The translations under genes were made by a program, and so were the position numbers. From Felis catus (lineage: Eukaryota): 64,000 nucleotides of DNA. Below the pieces are notes generated by a model. That model was not told the DNA's origin. It did not search any database and saw only the letters and a program-made list of their open reading frames with translations. Below are positions 11,555-21,812 of the stretch, in pieces. The first letter of the stretch is position 1. The number at the start of each line of letters is the position of its first letter. Where the stretch lies: contig NC_058368.1 of NCBI RefSeq assembly GCF_018350175.1, forward strand, positions 15,254,001 through 15,318,000, read 5' to 3'.

Positions 11555-11758
11555 TTTGTTTTTAAGTTTATTTATTTATTTTGAGAGAGAGAGAGAGAAA
11601 GTACAAGCCAGAGATGGGCAGAGAGAGAGGGATAGAGAGAATCTGAAGCAGGCTCTGCACTGTCAGTGCAGAGCCCGAAGTGGAGCTCCAGCTCACAAAT
11701 GGTGAGATCGTGAAATCAAGAGTTGGCCACTTAACCAAATGAGCCACCCAAGTGCCCC
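11555..11758 (-). mobile_element. CanSINE
   Basis: T-rich tail, AG tract, ends in gagccacccaagtgcccc. Confidence 0.9.
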
Positions 11759-11907
11759 AGAAAGGTGAATTCTTAAATTAGGGAAGGAGAGTATGGATTT
11801 GCTCACAAAATTCAACATACAACTTGAGTAACAAAAATGAAGCTTAAGCTTCAATTTATATTAACTGTTATACAAGGCCAGCATCCAGCAAATCTAAGTA
11901 TACTTAC

Positions 11908-12133
11908 ATCTATAAAATTAAATGGTGAATATTTGATTAGTTCACCAGATTAACAGAATCCAACTTGATCTTTCAGTTTGTTCTGGTTCTATCTCTAGAC
12001 AATTGTCTGACCAGGGAAAAGCATAAGCATTTCATTTTGACAAGGAACATGTAATTTCTGGATAAACTCTCTTTGTTCATTTATAAATGGGTCTTCTTTA
12101 TGGACTGCATGAACTCAATGTCTCTCAAAGAAC
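11908..12133 (-). pseudogene. Unknown gene exon 6 (226 nt, phase 2 to 0, four stops)
   Basis: tattcattgtag|G TTC TTT...TTT ATA GAT|gtaagt; FFERH*VHAVHKEDPFINEQREFIQKLHVPCQNEMLMLFPGQTIV*R*NQNKLKDQVGFC*SGELIKYSPFNFID. Confidence 0.7.
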
Positions 12134-13133
12134 CTACAATGAATACATGCTTTCATATCATTAATTATCAGTGCATTTTACCCCAAATTATGAAATGTAA
12201 GAATAATTTATAGAAGAAGTATAAGAATAACTTAGGAGGAAGTTAGTCAAGAAAAACACTCACATTTGCATACTGTAGAATGAAACTGTCCATGATGTCT
12301 ATTAATGCACTATGACTGTTCCCAACCACTAAATATTTTATCCTGTCTTGACCAATAGCTACATGTGACTATGTAAATTAAATTAAAAATGTAGTTCTTC
12401 AGTTGCATTGGCATATCAAATGCTCAATAGCTACATTTGGCCACTGATCACTATACTGGACAGTGCAGATACAGAACATTTCTATCATTGCAGAGTTTTA
12501 TTGGACAGTACTGTTGGTATGATCCTGTAACGTGCCATGATAATTTCTCTCTTTAATAATGACTTCTTTTTTTATTGAGAAAAGAGAAGTCTGAACCCAA
12601 GTGTCCTCACCTATATAGGTCAGGGTTTAATGACATGACCTCCAAGTATTCTTCTAGCTTGCCAGGTCTAAGAATATTTTTCAACGAGTGCCAAATTCTG
12701 AATTTACTAAAATTAAGAGAAAAAAAAAGCCCATACAGCCTTGTGAAAGCAATTTAAAGCAATGAATGTGTTTCTCCTCTTGTACACTTACATTATCTGT
12801 AGGATCAGGGATTCAGGAATTCATCAAGGGAAAAGATATGACCACACGGTGGCAATAGCACACAATGAGCTCCATTTGAGAGGTTTGCATGGGGAAGGGA
12901 GTGCGGTGGATGGGAAAGTCTCTCCAACTATGAAACCTTCAGTGGCTTGGGGCCACCACCCAAAAGAGGAAGAAAGCAAGGGAACTCCAGGGGGAAAGAG
13001 GAATCAGAGATGGGAGGTTACATGTCTAGGTGATGTTACTCTGCAACATAAAAGGGTCAGATAGATGGAAGGGCAGCAGTGACATGGGCCTTTTATAATC
13101 CTAGGGTTTGTTTAGCTAAGGCTCTTCATATAC

Positions 13134-13267
13134 AGAACACAATGCACTTCAGATGGATACAGTGGTTTTGACTGCTGACTAAAGGTTCATCAATGATAAT
13201 AAAACAATTTTGGCAATATGAACAAATAACTAAGCTGCCTCATTTAGTCAGAAAATATATCAAATGC
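13134..13267 (-). pseudogene. Unknown gene exon 5 (134 nt, phase 0 to 2, three stops, weak donor)
   Basis: gtgttctgttttag|GCA TTT GAT...TGT GTT CT|gtatat; AFDIFSD*MRQLSYLFILPKLFYYH**TFSQQSKPLYPSEVHCV(L). Confidence 0.6.
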
Positions 13268-13516
13268 CTAAAACAGAACACATATACATACATGCAGACA
13301 ACTTTATGACTCATTGTTGCTATAGGAAAAGTTATATGAATTTGAGATTTCTTCTATCCAGATAGAATTTTCACAAGTGAGGACTATATAAATTCTTTAG
13401 GCTAAATAGTTCTGATTGTAATCAAAATGGTATAATAGTTCTACGGCAAAGTTTGGATTTTTTCTTTTTTGTCTTTAGCATGGAAAATTTTGTTTTTCTA
13501 ACAATCTAAGTTTGTA

Positions 13517-13735
13517 ATTTTTTTAAGTTTTTACTTATTTTGAGAGACAGAGTGCACACACACCTGCATACATGAGCAGGGGAGGAACAGAGAGATAGAG
13601 GGAGAGAGAGAATTCCAAGCAGGCTCCACAGGGTCAGCACAGAGCCCAATGCAGGGCTTGAACTCATGAACTGTAAGGTTCATGATCTGAAACCAAGAGC
13701 TGGAAGCTCAACCAACTGAGCCACCCAGGTGCGCT
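13517..13735 (-). mobile_element. CanSINE
   Basis: Same SINE architecture on the minus strand. Confidence 0.9.
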
Positions 13736-15256
13736 GCTAAGAATCTAAGTTTAGAAAGGGAACTAATGTCATTTGCTGTGACTACGGTTGATACTACTAT
13801 AGATGAGCAATAAAAGGACTGAGGCAGTGCAAAACAAATTTTACAAATATTCTGTGATTTACTGACATTAGGATTGAATGAACAAAAATATTAATAGGCA
13901 GATAATATTAATGGCTGCTGACGTTAACACAGAATGAGCCTGTCCTCAGATACAGTATTTAGACAATAAGACACAGGCAGCTGACATGGAAATTCTATAA
14001 CACTTTCAAATTAGGGACTGAGATAATTAGAGACAAATGTGAAACACAGGAAAACTATTTTATGGAATCTACTGTGTCACAAAATTGATGGTGCAATAAT
14101 TGATTTGCAAAGAAAAACTGGTACAAATAGGATTATTAATGGAAAGGATATAACCAGTAAATGACAGTTAATTTTAAGGATGCAATGACTTCATATTAAC
14201 ATGAGTTGTGAAATGAATTTTAGACCTATTCCAAGTTCTTGACTTCCTCTAATAAGAGATTTTCAGCAAAGATCTGGCAACTCAAAACTTTAAAAAATTA
14301 TTTAAACTACAATGACTCCATCATCCCATTGAAACTTATTTTTCCCTTGGTGTAGAATTTTGGAGAGGCTACTCCCTGAGAACTCAACTCTGCAGTCAGA
14401 GGTATCTGATTTTAATTGTGTACCTCTAGTTGAGCACATTATTAGGGACTGGGTCTTGGTAACTAAAGTCACTAGAACCTTCTTCCTCTTACCCAAGTTC
14501 TTGGGAGGTTGATTTCTTCATGAGATAGTTACTGTGGAGTCTGTCCCAGAGCCAGTAGAGACATACTTATGGGCTATTTTTGGACATCACAGTTTATTGC
14601 TCTCCTTTGGAAGGTACTGGATAAACACAGCTGAAAATTCTTGTTCTTTGGGCTCCCCCTTTCTAGGATATATGTAGACTATACCATCTGCCCTGCCATT
14701 TTTTTTTTTTTTACTTTAATCATCTTTATTGTCAGATCTGGATGCTGCTTCCAAATCTCTACAGCATGTTTTATTCCTTTTCTCTAAGCTCCAAACGCTC
14801 CCTGTTTATATATCTATGTCCCCCACGGTGAAATAAACACTAATTATGCTTCACCATAACTACCTGTTTACCATCTCTCTGCCTGGAACAAAAAGCTCTT
14901 TGAGGGCAGGTATCATTTTTAATTGCTGTTCCATACCCAGTTACTGCCTGGCATAAAATGGATGCTCAAAAAATATTTGTAAAAGGAGTGAATGAATAGT
15001 AGACTTTGGCTAGTCTCGTGTATCCAAACTATTTTCCCTCAGAGAAAGCAACTTCACAAATTTTAAGGAAAATTCACCTCACCTGTTATGTATGAAGGGC
15101 TCCACTCTGCACCATCCAAGGATGCCTGCTTCCTAAGGTTATACATTTTGGACTACTTCTCAAACTGGGCTTCCTTGACCCTTTGGTCATCTTCCCTGGA
15201 ATGATGTGGGCTAAAAGGTCACAAATTGCCCACCAGCCCCAACATCTGTCCCTCAC

Positions 15257-15348
15257 CTCACTATTATAGCCATATTGTGAAATTAAATGTATCATGGCAA
15301 AGGTAGGTCTATGAATAGGCAACATATGTCTCTGAAAGGACATCTGTC
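15257..15348 (-). pseudogene. Unknown gene exon 4 (92 nt, phase 1 to 0, open)
   Basis: poly-T tract + aag|GA CAG ATG...AAT AGT GAG|gtgagg; (R)QMSFQRHMLPIHRPTFAMIHLISQYGYNSE. Confidence 0.75.
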
Positions 15349-16075
15349 CTTAAAAAAAAAAAAAAGGCTCTTCTACTTTTTCATATATTTTTCAGCCCTA
15401 TGCAGAAAATCAACTTGATTTCATACAAATTAATGAAAACTGAAATGTTTGAACAGGAGGTTAATTACTAGCTACCATGAGCAAATGTAATAGAAGTAAT
15501 AACAGCTTCTGAAATGCAAGGTAATTGCTGACAAACAGAAAAGATTGTACTTTGGAGGGGAGAGGAATTGATTTTAAAAGGACTGTTGGGTTTCCAAAAT
15601 TCCTAGTGAAGAATTCAGCTGTCATCCTTATTATGGAAATTAATCCCATGTCAAAACTAGCTGAGTACTGAATACCAGGCAGAAATGCTGACCAGCTAAT
15701 TTTTAAGCTAAGAAAAGCGTGGTATCAGTATGTAAGTTTCCCCAAGTCTTTTAGACATTAAAGATGTATTTACAGTTAAATGTACGGTTCACTTCTCAAT
15801 ATATTAACAAATATATAGTTCATGTAAAACATGCAGACATTTAAAATTGACTTAACTTTGAGTTCTAATTCTGATTTTGCTATAACAGCAAAATTGTAAC
15901 TACGCAGCTCACAAAAACCATATAATTTGTGAGAAAGTCTGTTCTATTCTCTCTGCTCCTATTTGTCTAAATTACAAGGCCAAGTTGTTTGTTTAAATTT
16001 TTAATGAAAATTGTGCTCTTATTTATCACCTGTTTGTTTTTTATGCCATAAATCATTACTTGTTCAAATACTTAC

Positions 16076-16139
16076 TGAAGATTTAGGTCAAGAAAGCCAT
16101 AATATCGCACAAGTTATACAAATGTTTGGATTTATATGC
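16076..16139 (-). pseudogene. Unknown gene exon 3 (64 nt, phase 0 to 1, one TAA)
   Basis: tttttatgtgtag|GCA TAT AAA...ATC TTC A|gtaagt; AYKSKHLYNLCDIMAFLT*IF. Confidence 0.75.
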
Positions 16140-16979
16140 CTACACATAAAAAATATAGATAAATATCAGTTCATCTAAATTATTCCCCAATTCAAGATCT
16201 GACCAGAAGACTACCGTGATTTAATATGTAATTCTAAGGCAGCACAATAAAATCATAAGCCACGTGTCACTTCCCTTTGCCAAGTTTATCAAAGTGGAAA
16301 GAGAGGATGGTAAGATGTAATGATAATAATATTTCATATGTATTAAGGCAGAATTAGGCTGCAGCTACTCACATGAGAAAAGGTAGGGGGAAACGATTAT
16401 GAAAATAATTCGAGGATTCCACCTTGTTACGTTATTTTATCTAACGGCAGTTTTCAGACCCAGGACAGCTAAGAGACACTAGACACCTTAGTAGCCTGTC
16501 TTCTTGTCCTGACTAGATTAAGGTCAGGGCTATACCCAACTTCAAAGAGCTGCCTCTGAAAGAGCCTAGCACTACCCTTTCCCTGCTCAAGCTCCAATCA
16601 GAAGAGAGGATCAAAACCACAGGCTGCCAGAACAAACACTGCACTGGCTCCCTTGTTTAGGAAGAAAGGCAAGGAGTGAGGTTTTTCGGTCAATTCTGTC
16701 TAAGAAACCAGAAGGGGCACACCTAAGGTCAGGTCACATGAGTGCAGGGAACTCCTGAATCTACCAAAGCAACCATCGTTCTAGGCAAGACTTGCTACCA
16801 ACTACTCCCTCCCAGACAGAATTCATCGTACGAGGCCTTCAGTGTCCCCAGAAGTCACGACAGTGTCCCCAAGAGGGCAGAAAGGCTCTTTTCCTCCACC
16901 AGGTAGAGGCACCTTGCAAAGTGGACCATTTGGTCTCTGCTTGCATCTGACTCGTCCATTGCCACAATCAAGAGGTTAC

Positions 16980-17212
16980 CAGGGATCCTGCTTTGCCTTC
17001 ATTTTCAAAGACATAGGAATTCCAGGGTTCGAGGGGATTGCTGCCTCCCAATGGAGAGTGGGTGATAAACGTGATTAAAACTAGTTTCATACTAAGTAAG
17101 GGCAGTTTCCGTGCTCCTTTTGCACTGATTTCCAAGATGCTTTCCAACTTCCTCCACAGCTGACTGGATAAAATGCTTTCGGAGGCACTTTCGGTAGAAT
17201 ACTTCAATTTTC
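16980..17212 (-). pseudogene. Unknown gene exon 2 (233 nt, phase 1 to 0, open)
   Basis: attattttaatag|GA AAA TTG AAG...GGA TCC CTG|gtaacc; KLKYSTESASESILSSQLWRKLESILEISAKGARKLPLLSMKLVLITFITHSPLGGSNPLEPWNSYVFENEGKAGSL. Confidence 0.75.
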
Positions 17213-17499
17213 CTATTAAAATAATGCATACCCAGCTCGCTAATGAAAACCACTTAAAAGATTTTTTTTTTTTTTTGGTAAGATTAACCATCATTTCCAT
17301 TCAAAATAAGGAGGAAGCCGTAATTAACCATTTCGTAAAGTGGTCATTTAAATGGCCTTTGGGGGTCTGCTTTAGAAATTTGGGACGCGTGTTTAAAATA
17401 AAAACAAAACAAGACGAAAGCAGTAACACTATGCAATATGTGTTTGGGTGTACACGCATTTTTATAAAATAATAATAAAGTTTAAGGTTATTTTACCTG

Positions 17500-18750
17500 T
17501 TTTGCCAGTCGCCAGTCACCTCTGCTGGGTGCCAGAGCTCCCCGGGTTCAAGGACCCTCTCCTCCCTTCCTGCGTGGCCAGGCCCCCTTCTCCCCATGTA
17601 AGGTCCTCTGCTTTCTCACTACCTGGCCATGGGCTTCCAGTTCAGGGATTTCTCTTCCCACGTGCCCAGGCCACCTGCCTAGCCCCCACTTCCGAGGCTC
17701 TCTCAACGTCCCAGGCCCCAGTGCTGCCACCTGTGTTCCTTCCTCTTCCTGGGCCGCTAGCTCGCTGTTCCTAGACCCGCTTCACGCAGTGCCTGCCGGA
17801 ACCCGACTGGGAACACCTCTAAAGGGGGCTGCGAACACCACTTGCGAACCTAAAACCCCAATCTCTCTCGCCCTGCCGGGTCTCATGCACCGGAACCGAG
17901 CCGGCCAGATGCGGCCTCTGGTGCACAAGGATCCAAAATGACCGATGGCAAGCCGCCACCATGGACTGGAGGCCCCGGCTGAAACCTGGGGCCAGCCCGC
18001 TGCTTCCCGGCCTCTCTCTGGGAGGAAGCGTAGGTGTGTGAGCCGGGGACTGGGAGCGAGCCGCGCCCTCGGGCGGGCGCGGTCAGGGCGCCGCAGCCTG
18101 CGCAGCCCCGAGGGCCCCGCGTCGCTCTCCCGAGCCAAGGTTCTCAGGAGCGGGCCGGGGAAAAGACGTTAGCGGGAGGAGTTAGCGGCTGTTGGAAGAA
18201 CGGGTTCACGGAAACAGTCCCTTCCAAAGCCCTGGCCATCGCGGGGTGGGCCGCCTTCCTCCCTCCCAGGCCGGGGGCGCTGGCCCGAAGGGGCGCGTGT
18301 GCAGACCGCGACCGCCTGCCCTAGCACGCCCGGGCAGGGCGGTGCTGGGGCAGCTGGGGACCACCGCCCGTTGGCCCCGCCCGGCTCTGAACGCCCAGGG
18401 GTCGCGGCGCGTCCGCCCGAAGCGTGTCAGGTGAGGAGGTCGTCATGGCGATGCGGCCCCACAGCGCGCACGCCCGCTGCGGTTGGCATGGAAGCGGCCC
18501 CCGCGGGGCCCGGGAGCGCCGCTGATTGGCCGATTCAACAGACGCGGGGGAGGGGGGGTTGAAAGTAATTAGTGCTGAGCGCCGGGGCCGCCGCCGCTGG
18601 GAGGCCAGCGCCCCCGCTGGAATCTATTAACACCTCTGTCCCTCCCGCCCCCGCCCCGCCCCCGCCCCGCCCCCTCCGGCGGCCCCTCATTCCCAATCCT
18701 TGTGTGCACTTGCTAATTGTTCGAGATTTATATAAAGATATAGAGCTGAG
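17500..18750. promoter_or_regulatory. CpG island / CCNA1 promoter, probably bidirectional
   Basis: Abrupt GC- and CpG-rich block. It contains GC boxes (18375-18382 and a cluster at 18644-18673), an inverted NF-Y box CTGATTGGC (18522-18530), MYB-type CNGTTG sites (18189, 18368, 18480) and TATATAAAG (18729-18737). Confidence 0.9.
18340..18430 (+). other. CCNA1: Candidate non-coding first exon of CCNA1 (start approximate)
   Basis: Strong donor TCAG|GTGAGG at 18430/18431 inside the CpG island; could splice to the acceptor at 19265/19266. Confidence 0.5.
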
Positions 18751-19289
18751 AAGAGCAAGGCCCTCTGTGGGTTCCAAGCAGGTTTTGGGGCCTTCTATGT
18801 GGTGGAAGGAGGGCCGCGGAGGAGAACCCTGCTTGTCATTTGGGAAGGGGACGTACTTTCCCGCAGTGATGTATCCTGGGTCTTTTGTTTGCAGGGAGGT
18901 GGGGGGTGGTGCGGGATAAGATAAGCATAGCAGTCGGGAAAGACTCGAAGATTCGAGCTTGTGGTTTCAGATTCCCGATTAACGTGGCGTTTAGTATCCT
19001 GGCTCGGAGGTTTGTCAGGATTAATCTCTCCCTCCAGCCGTCACACCAGGTCTTGGAAGAAAGCCTTGAGAGATTCAAATCACTGTTTTGGTTCAAAGCA
19101 GCTTTGACCACTTCCATCGTGGCTCACGCTTTTCTTTTCAGCCCTAATAATTGTAGGGAAAATCATATATCTTAGTGCTCTCCCTCCTAGATATTCACTG
19201 CATGCTTTGGAGCCCAAGGTGGAATAGGTTACTAACCGTTGGCTTGTCTGTTTCTGCTTCTCTAGCTGCACCCTGTGGAGACCGAGGGT

Positions 19290-19454
19290 ATGCATTGCAG
19301 CGGCTCCAAAAGCGGAGTAGCCCTAGTTCCACTGTCTCGAGGTCCTGATGGCTGTCAGATGGTAACCAGAGCCCAGCTTGGCCAGGATCCTCCACAAAGA
19401 ACAGTGCTAGGGGTGCTAACTGAGAATGGACAGTACAGGAGGTCCTGTGGCCAG
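19290..19454 (+). CDS. CCNA1: Cyclin A1 coding exon 1 (exon begins 19266; ATG at 19290)
   Basis: MHCSGSKSGVALVPLSRGPDGCQMVTRAQLGQDPPQRTVLGVLTENGQYRRSCGQ, including the RTVLGVL destruction box; ttctctag acceptor and CAG|gtaatg donor. Confidence 0.95.
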
Positions 19455-19949
19455 GTAATGACTGAGAACTGCTGTGGAAGCTGGTTGTTGAGAAGGGCTA
19501 TTACATCATGGTGGGAGGTGGGTTTTTCTTGCAGTTTTACCAACAAATACCCATGAGTATTCCAGCCCTGGAATCTGGACGATAGGGACATTGATTTTGT
19601 TAAAGATCACTTTGGTCCCCTTTCCAACCAGAAATAGTGAATTATTTTATTATTTTTCTAATATCAAGGAAATAGCTCTAGGAACTGTTTGAATCTTTTA
19701 AGTATACGTAAAGCCATTTAAGCACTGGGCTAAGAGGAAATATTGATGCACCAAAATAAATTATGGAACTGGGGTTCCTCCAGATCAGAGTGGTGTTCAG
19801 ACTGACATAGGTTGTGCCTGAGGCAATCCTGAAAAATCTTTGCTGTGTTCATTGGAGATGGTGTTAGAGTCCGGATGGGATAAGGCTAGGCAAAATTACT
19901 TCAAAAAGTGTGCCCTGTCATCTGCATCCTACTGTATGACTTATGTGTC

Positions 19950-21812
19950 CCTGATCTCATGCAAGGTGAACTCCCCCCCACTCCCCCAACATGTGCAGTA
20001 TACCTTATGCCCTCTTGCCTCTTCTAGGATGTCATTCCAACAACTCATCTTTCTCTCCTCAGTCTTATCTACTCGGTTAAACTCAAGCATACAAATATAC
20101 TGTAATTTTTTTCCATCTTAACCTTTCAACTTCACAGCTCTTTGTAGTGACTACCCATTTTATAGCAATAATTCTTGAGTTTGTCTATCCTGCTAGACTA
20201 TAAACTCCAACAGGAGGAGGATTAGGATATCAGGTTCACTTGTTCTCTTTTGACTCAGTTCTTAGTCCTGTCCTTACTTGACTGATCTGGCAACATTTGA
20301 CATAGTTGATTTTTCTTTATTTCTTGAGGTAATTTCTTCTCACTCCGCCTGGGGAACACCACTCTCTCCTTGTTGTCTACGTAGGTCATTGGCTGTTCAG
20401 CCCCAATATCCTGTTTCTTCTTTTTTTTTTTTTTTTTTAATTTTTTTTTTTTCAACGTTTATTTATTTTTTTGGGGACAGAGAGAGACAGAGCATGAACG
20501 GGGGAGGGGCAGAGAGAGAGGGAGACACAGAATCGGAAACAGGCTCCAGGCTCCAGGCTCCGAGCCATCAGCCCAGAGCCTGACGCGGGGCTCGAACTCA
20601 CGGACTGCGAGATCGTGACCTGGCTGAAGTTGGACGCTCAACCGACTGCGCCACCCAGGCGCCCCTGTTTCTTCTTTATCCAATCTCTAAAAGAATACTC
20701 AGGGCTTGGTATTTGATCTGAATCTGCAATGTACTCCCTAAGCAATCTCTCAAGCCTGTTGGCATTAAGTACCATCTATCTGTTGATGACGTATACTTTT
20801 ATCTCTGGTCTGGACCTCTTAGCTATATTACAGGCTCACGTATTTAGTAGCCTACTTGACATCTTCTCTTGGACCATGTAATAGACATCTCAAATTTGTG
20901 CAAAACCAAACACTAACCCTAGCCCCAAATAACTGTTCCAAAAGTCTTCCTCATCTCAGTAAATGGAATATCCATCCTTCCTATTATTCAGCCCCAAAAC
21001 CTTTGTCATCTTTGACTCTTTTTCTCCCACCTCACATCAGATTTTCTGGGAAAATAATATTGGCTCCTTTTTAAAATGTCTGGAATCTCTTTACCTCTTA
21101 ATCTTTACTGCTGTTGACACTGGTTCAGATCCCTCTTGTGTCTCACTGAGAATTTGCAACTTTCATAACTGGTCATCTTACTCATCTTACTTGTTCTCTG
21201 TACATATACACAGCCAGGGTGATCGTATTAAAACAAATCAGATGATACCACTCCTCTGCCCAGTGGCTTCTCCAGTGGCTTCCCACCTCTGAGCAGCAGA
21301 CAGTCTTAAATGGTCTGTGGTAAGGCCTACCTGATCTGGCTTCTCTTTTCTTTCTGACTTTGTGACCTACACTACTCTCTTTCTCACCCTGCCCTTTGCT
21401 GCCCTTTGCTCTTTGTCTGCTCTTTGCTGTGTCTCTAAGACATACTTGAACATCCAGGCATTTACCCATGCTGTTCCCTCTGCTCAGAATGCACTTCCCC
21501 CCTCTATTTATGTGACTTACTCCCTTACCTCATTCATATCTTTGCTCAACTCTGTCCTCTTCATTAGGACCTTCCATGATCACACTGTTTAAAATGGCAA
21601 GGACTCTCTTTTCGCTGTGTTCTTCTCCTCCAAAGCACTTAACACTATCCAGTGTAATAGATCTTGTCTTATCTTTCCCTACCCTCTGAGCTAGAATATG
21701 AACTCCATGAGGGCAAACCTTCTTGAACATTTTGTTCACTGCTAAATTCTGGGCACCTAGAACAGCATCTGGTACATAGTAGATGATCAGTAAATATTTA
21801 TTTAATGAATAT
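19950..21812 (+). mobile_element. L2 relic(s) in a CCNA1 intron, interrupted by a young CanSINE (20419-20665 -)
   Basis: L2-like text (acatttgacatagttgat..., cacctagaacagcatctggtacatagtag...aatgaat); SINE flanked by cctgtttcttcttt. Confidence 0.75.

Larger units (their letters stand above)
2442..17497 (-). pseudogene. Decayed multi-exon protein-coding gene of unrecognised family, head-to-head with CCNA1 (about 14-15 exons, about 690 codons reconstructed)
   Basis: Series of AG...GT bounded segments whose intron phases chain in one frame. Several exons are fully open (233, 92, 201, 108 and 189 nt); others carry 1-4 stops or a frameshift; one is split by a SINE with a TSD. The 5' end lies in the CCNA1 CpG island and is not resolved. 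Confidence 0.8.

Noticed and set aside
14302..14780. Minus-strand ORF and a gtaaga donor near 14492
   Set aside because: No convincing acceptor, and it is not needed for phase continuity between exons 4 and 5.
1..17500. SPART exons, expected upstream of CCNA1 by synteny
   Set aside because: No MIT or senescence-domain spartin peptide seen; the reconstructed peptide does not resemble spartin as I recall it.
16980..17597. Alternative frame MGRRGPG...ELWHPAEVTGDWQNR|KIEVFYRKCL..., superficially Tudor-like
   Set aside because: It hits stops within exon 2 and needs repeated frameshifts in exons 3-4, whereas the other frame chains with a single stop. It cannot be fully excluded for the extreme N-terminus.
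17448..18919. Many overlapping Pro/Arg/Gly/Ala-rich ORFs
   Set aside because: Expected by-product of CpG-island composition; no recognisable protein.
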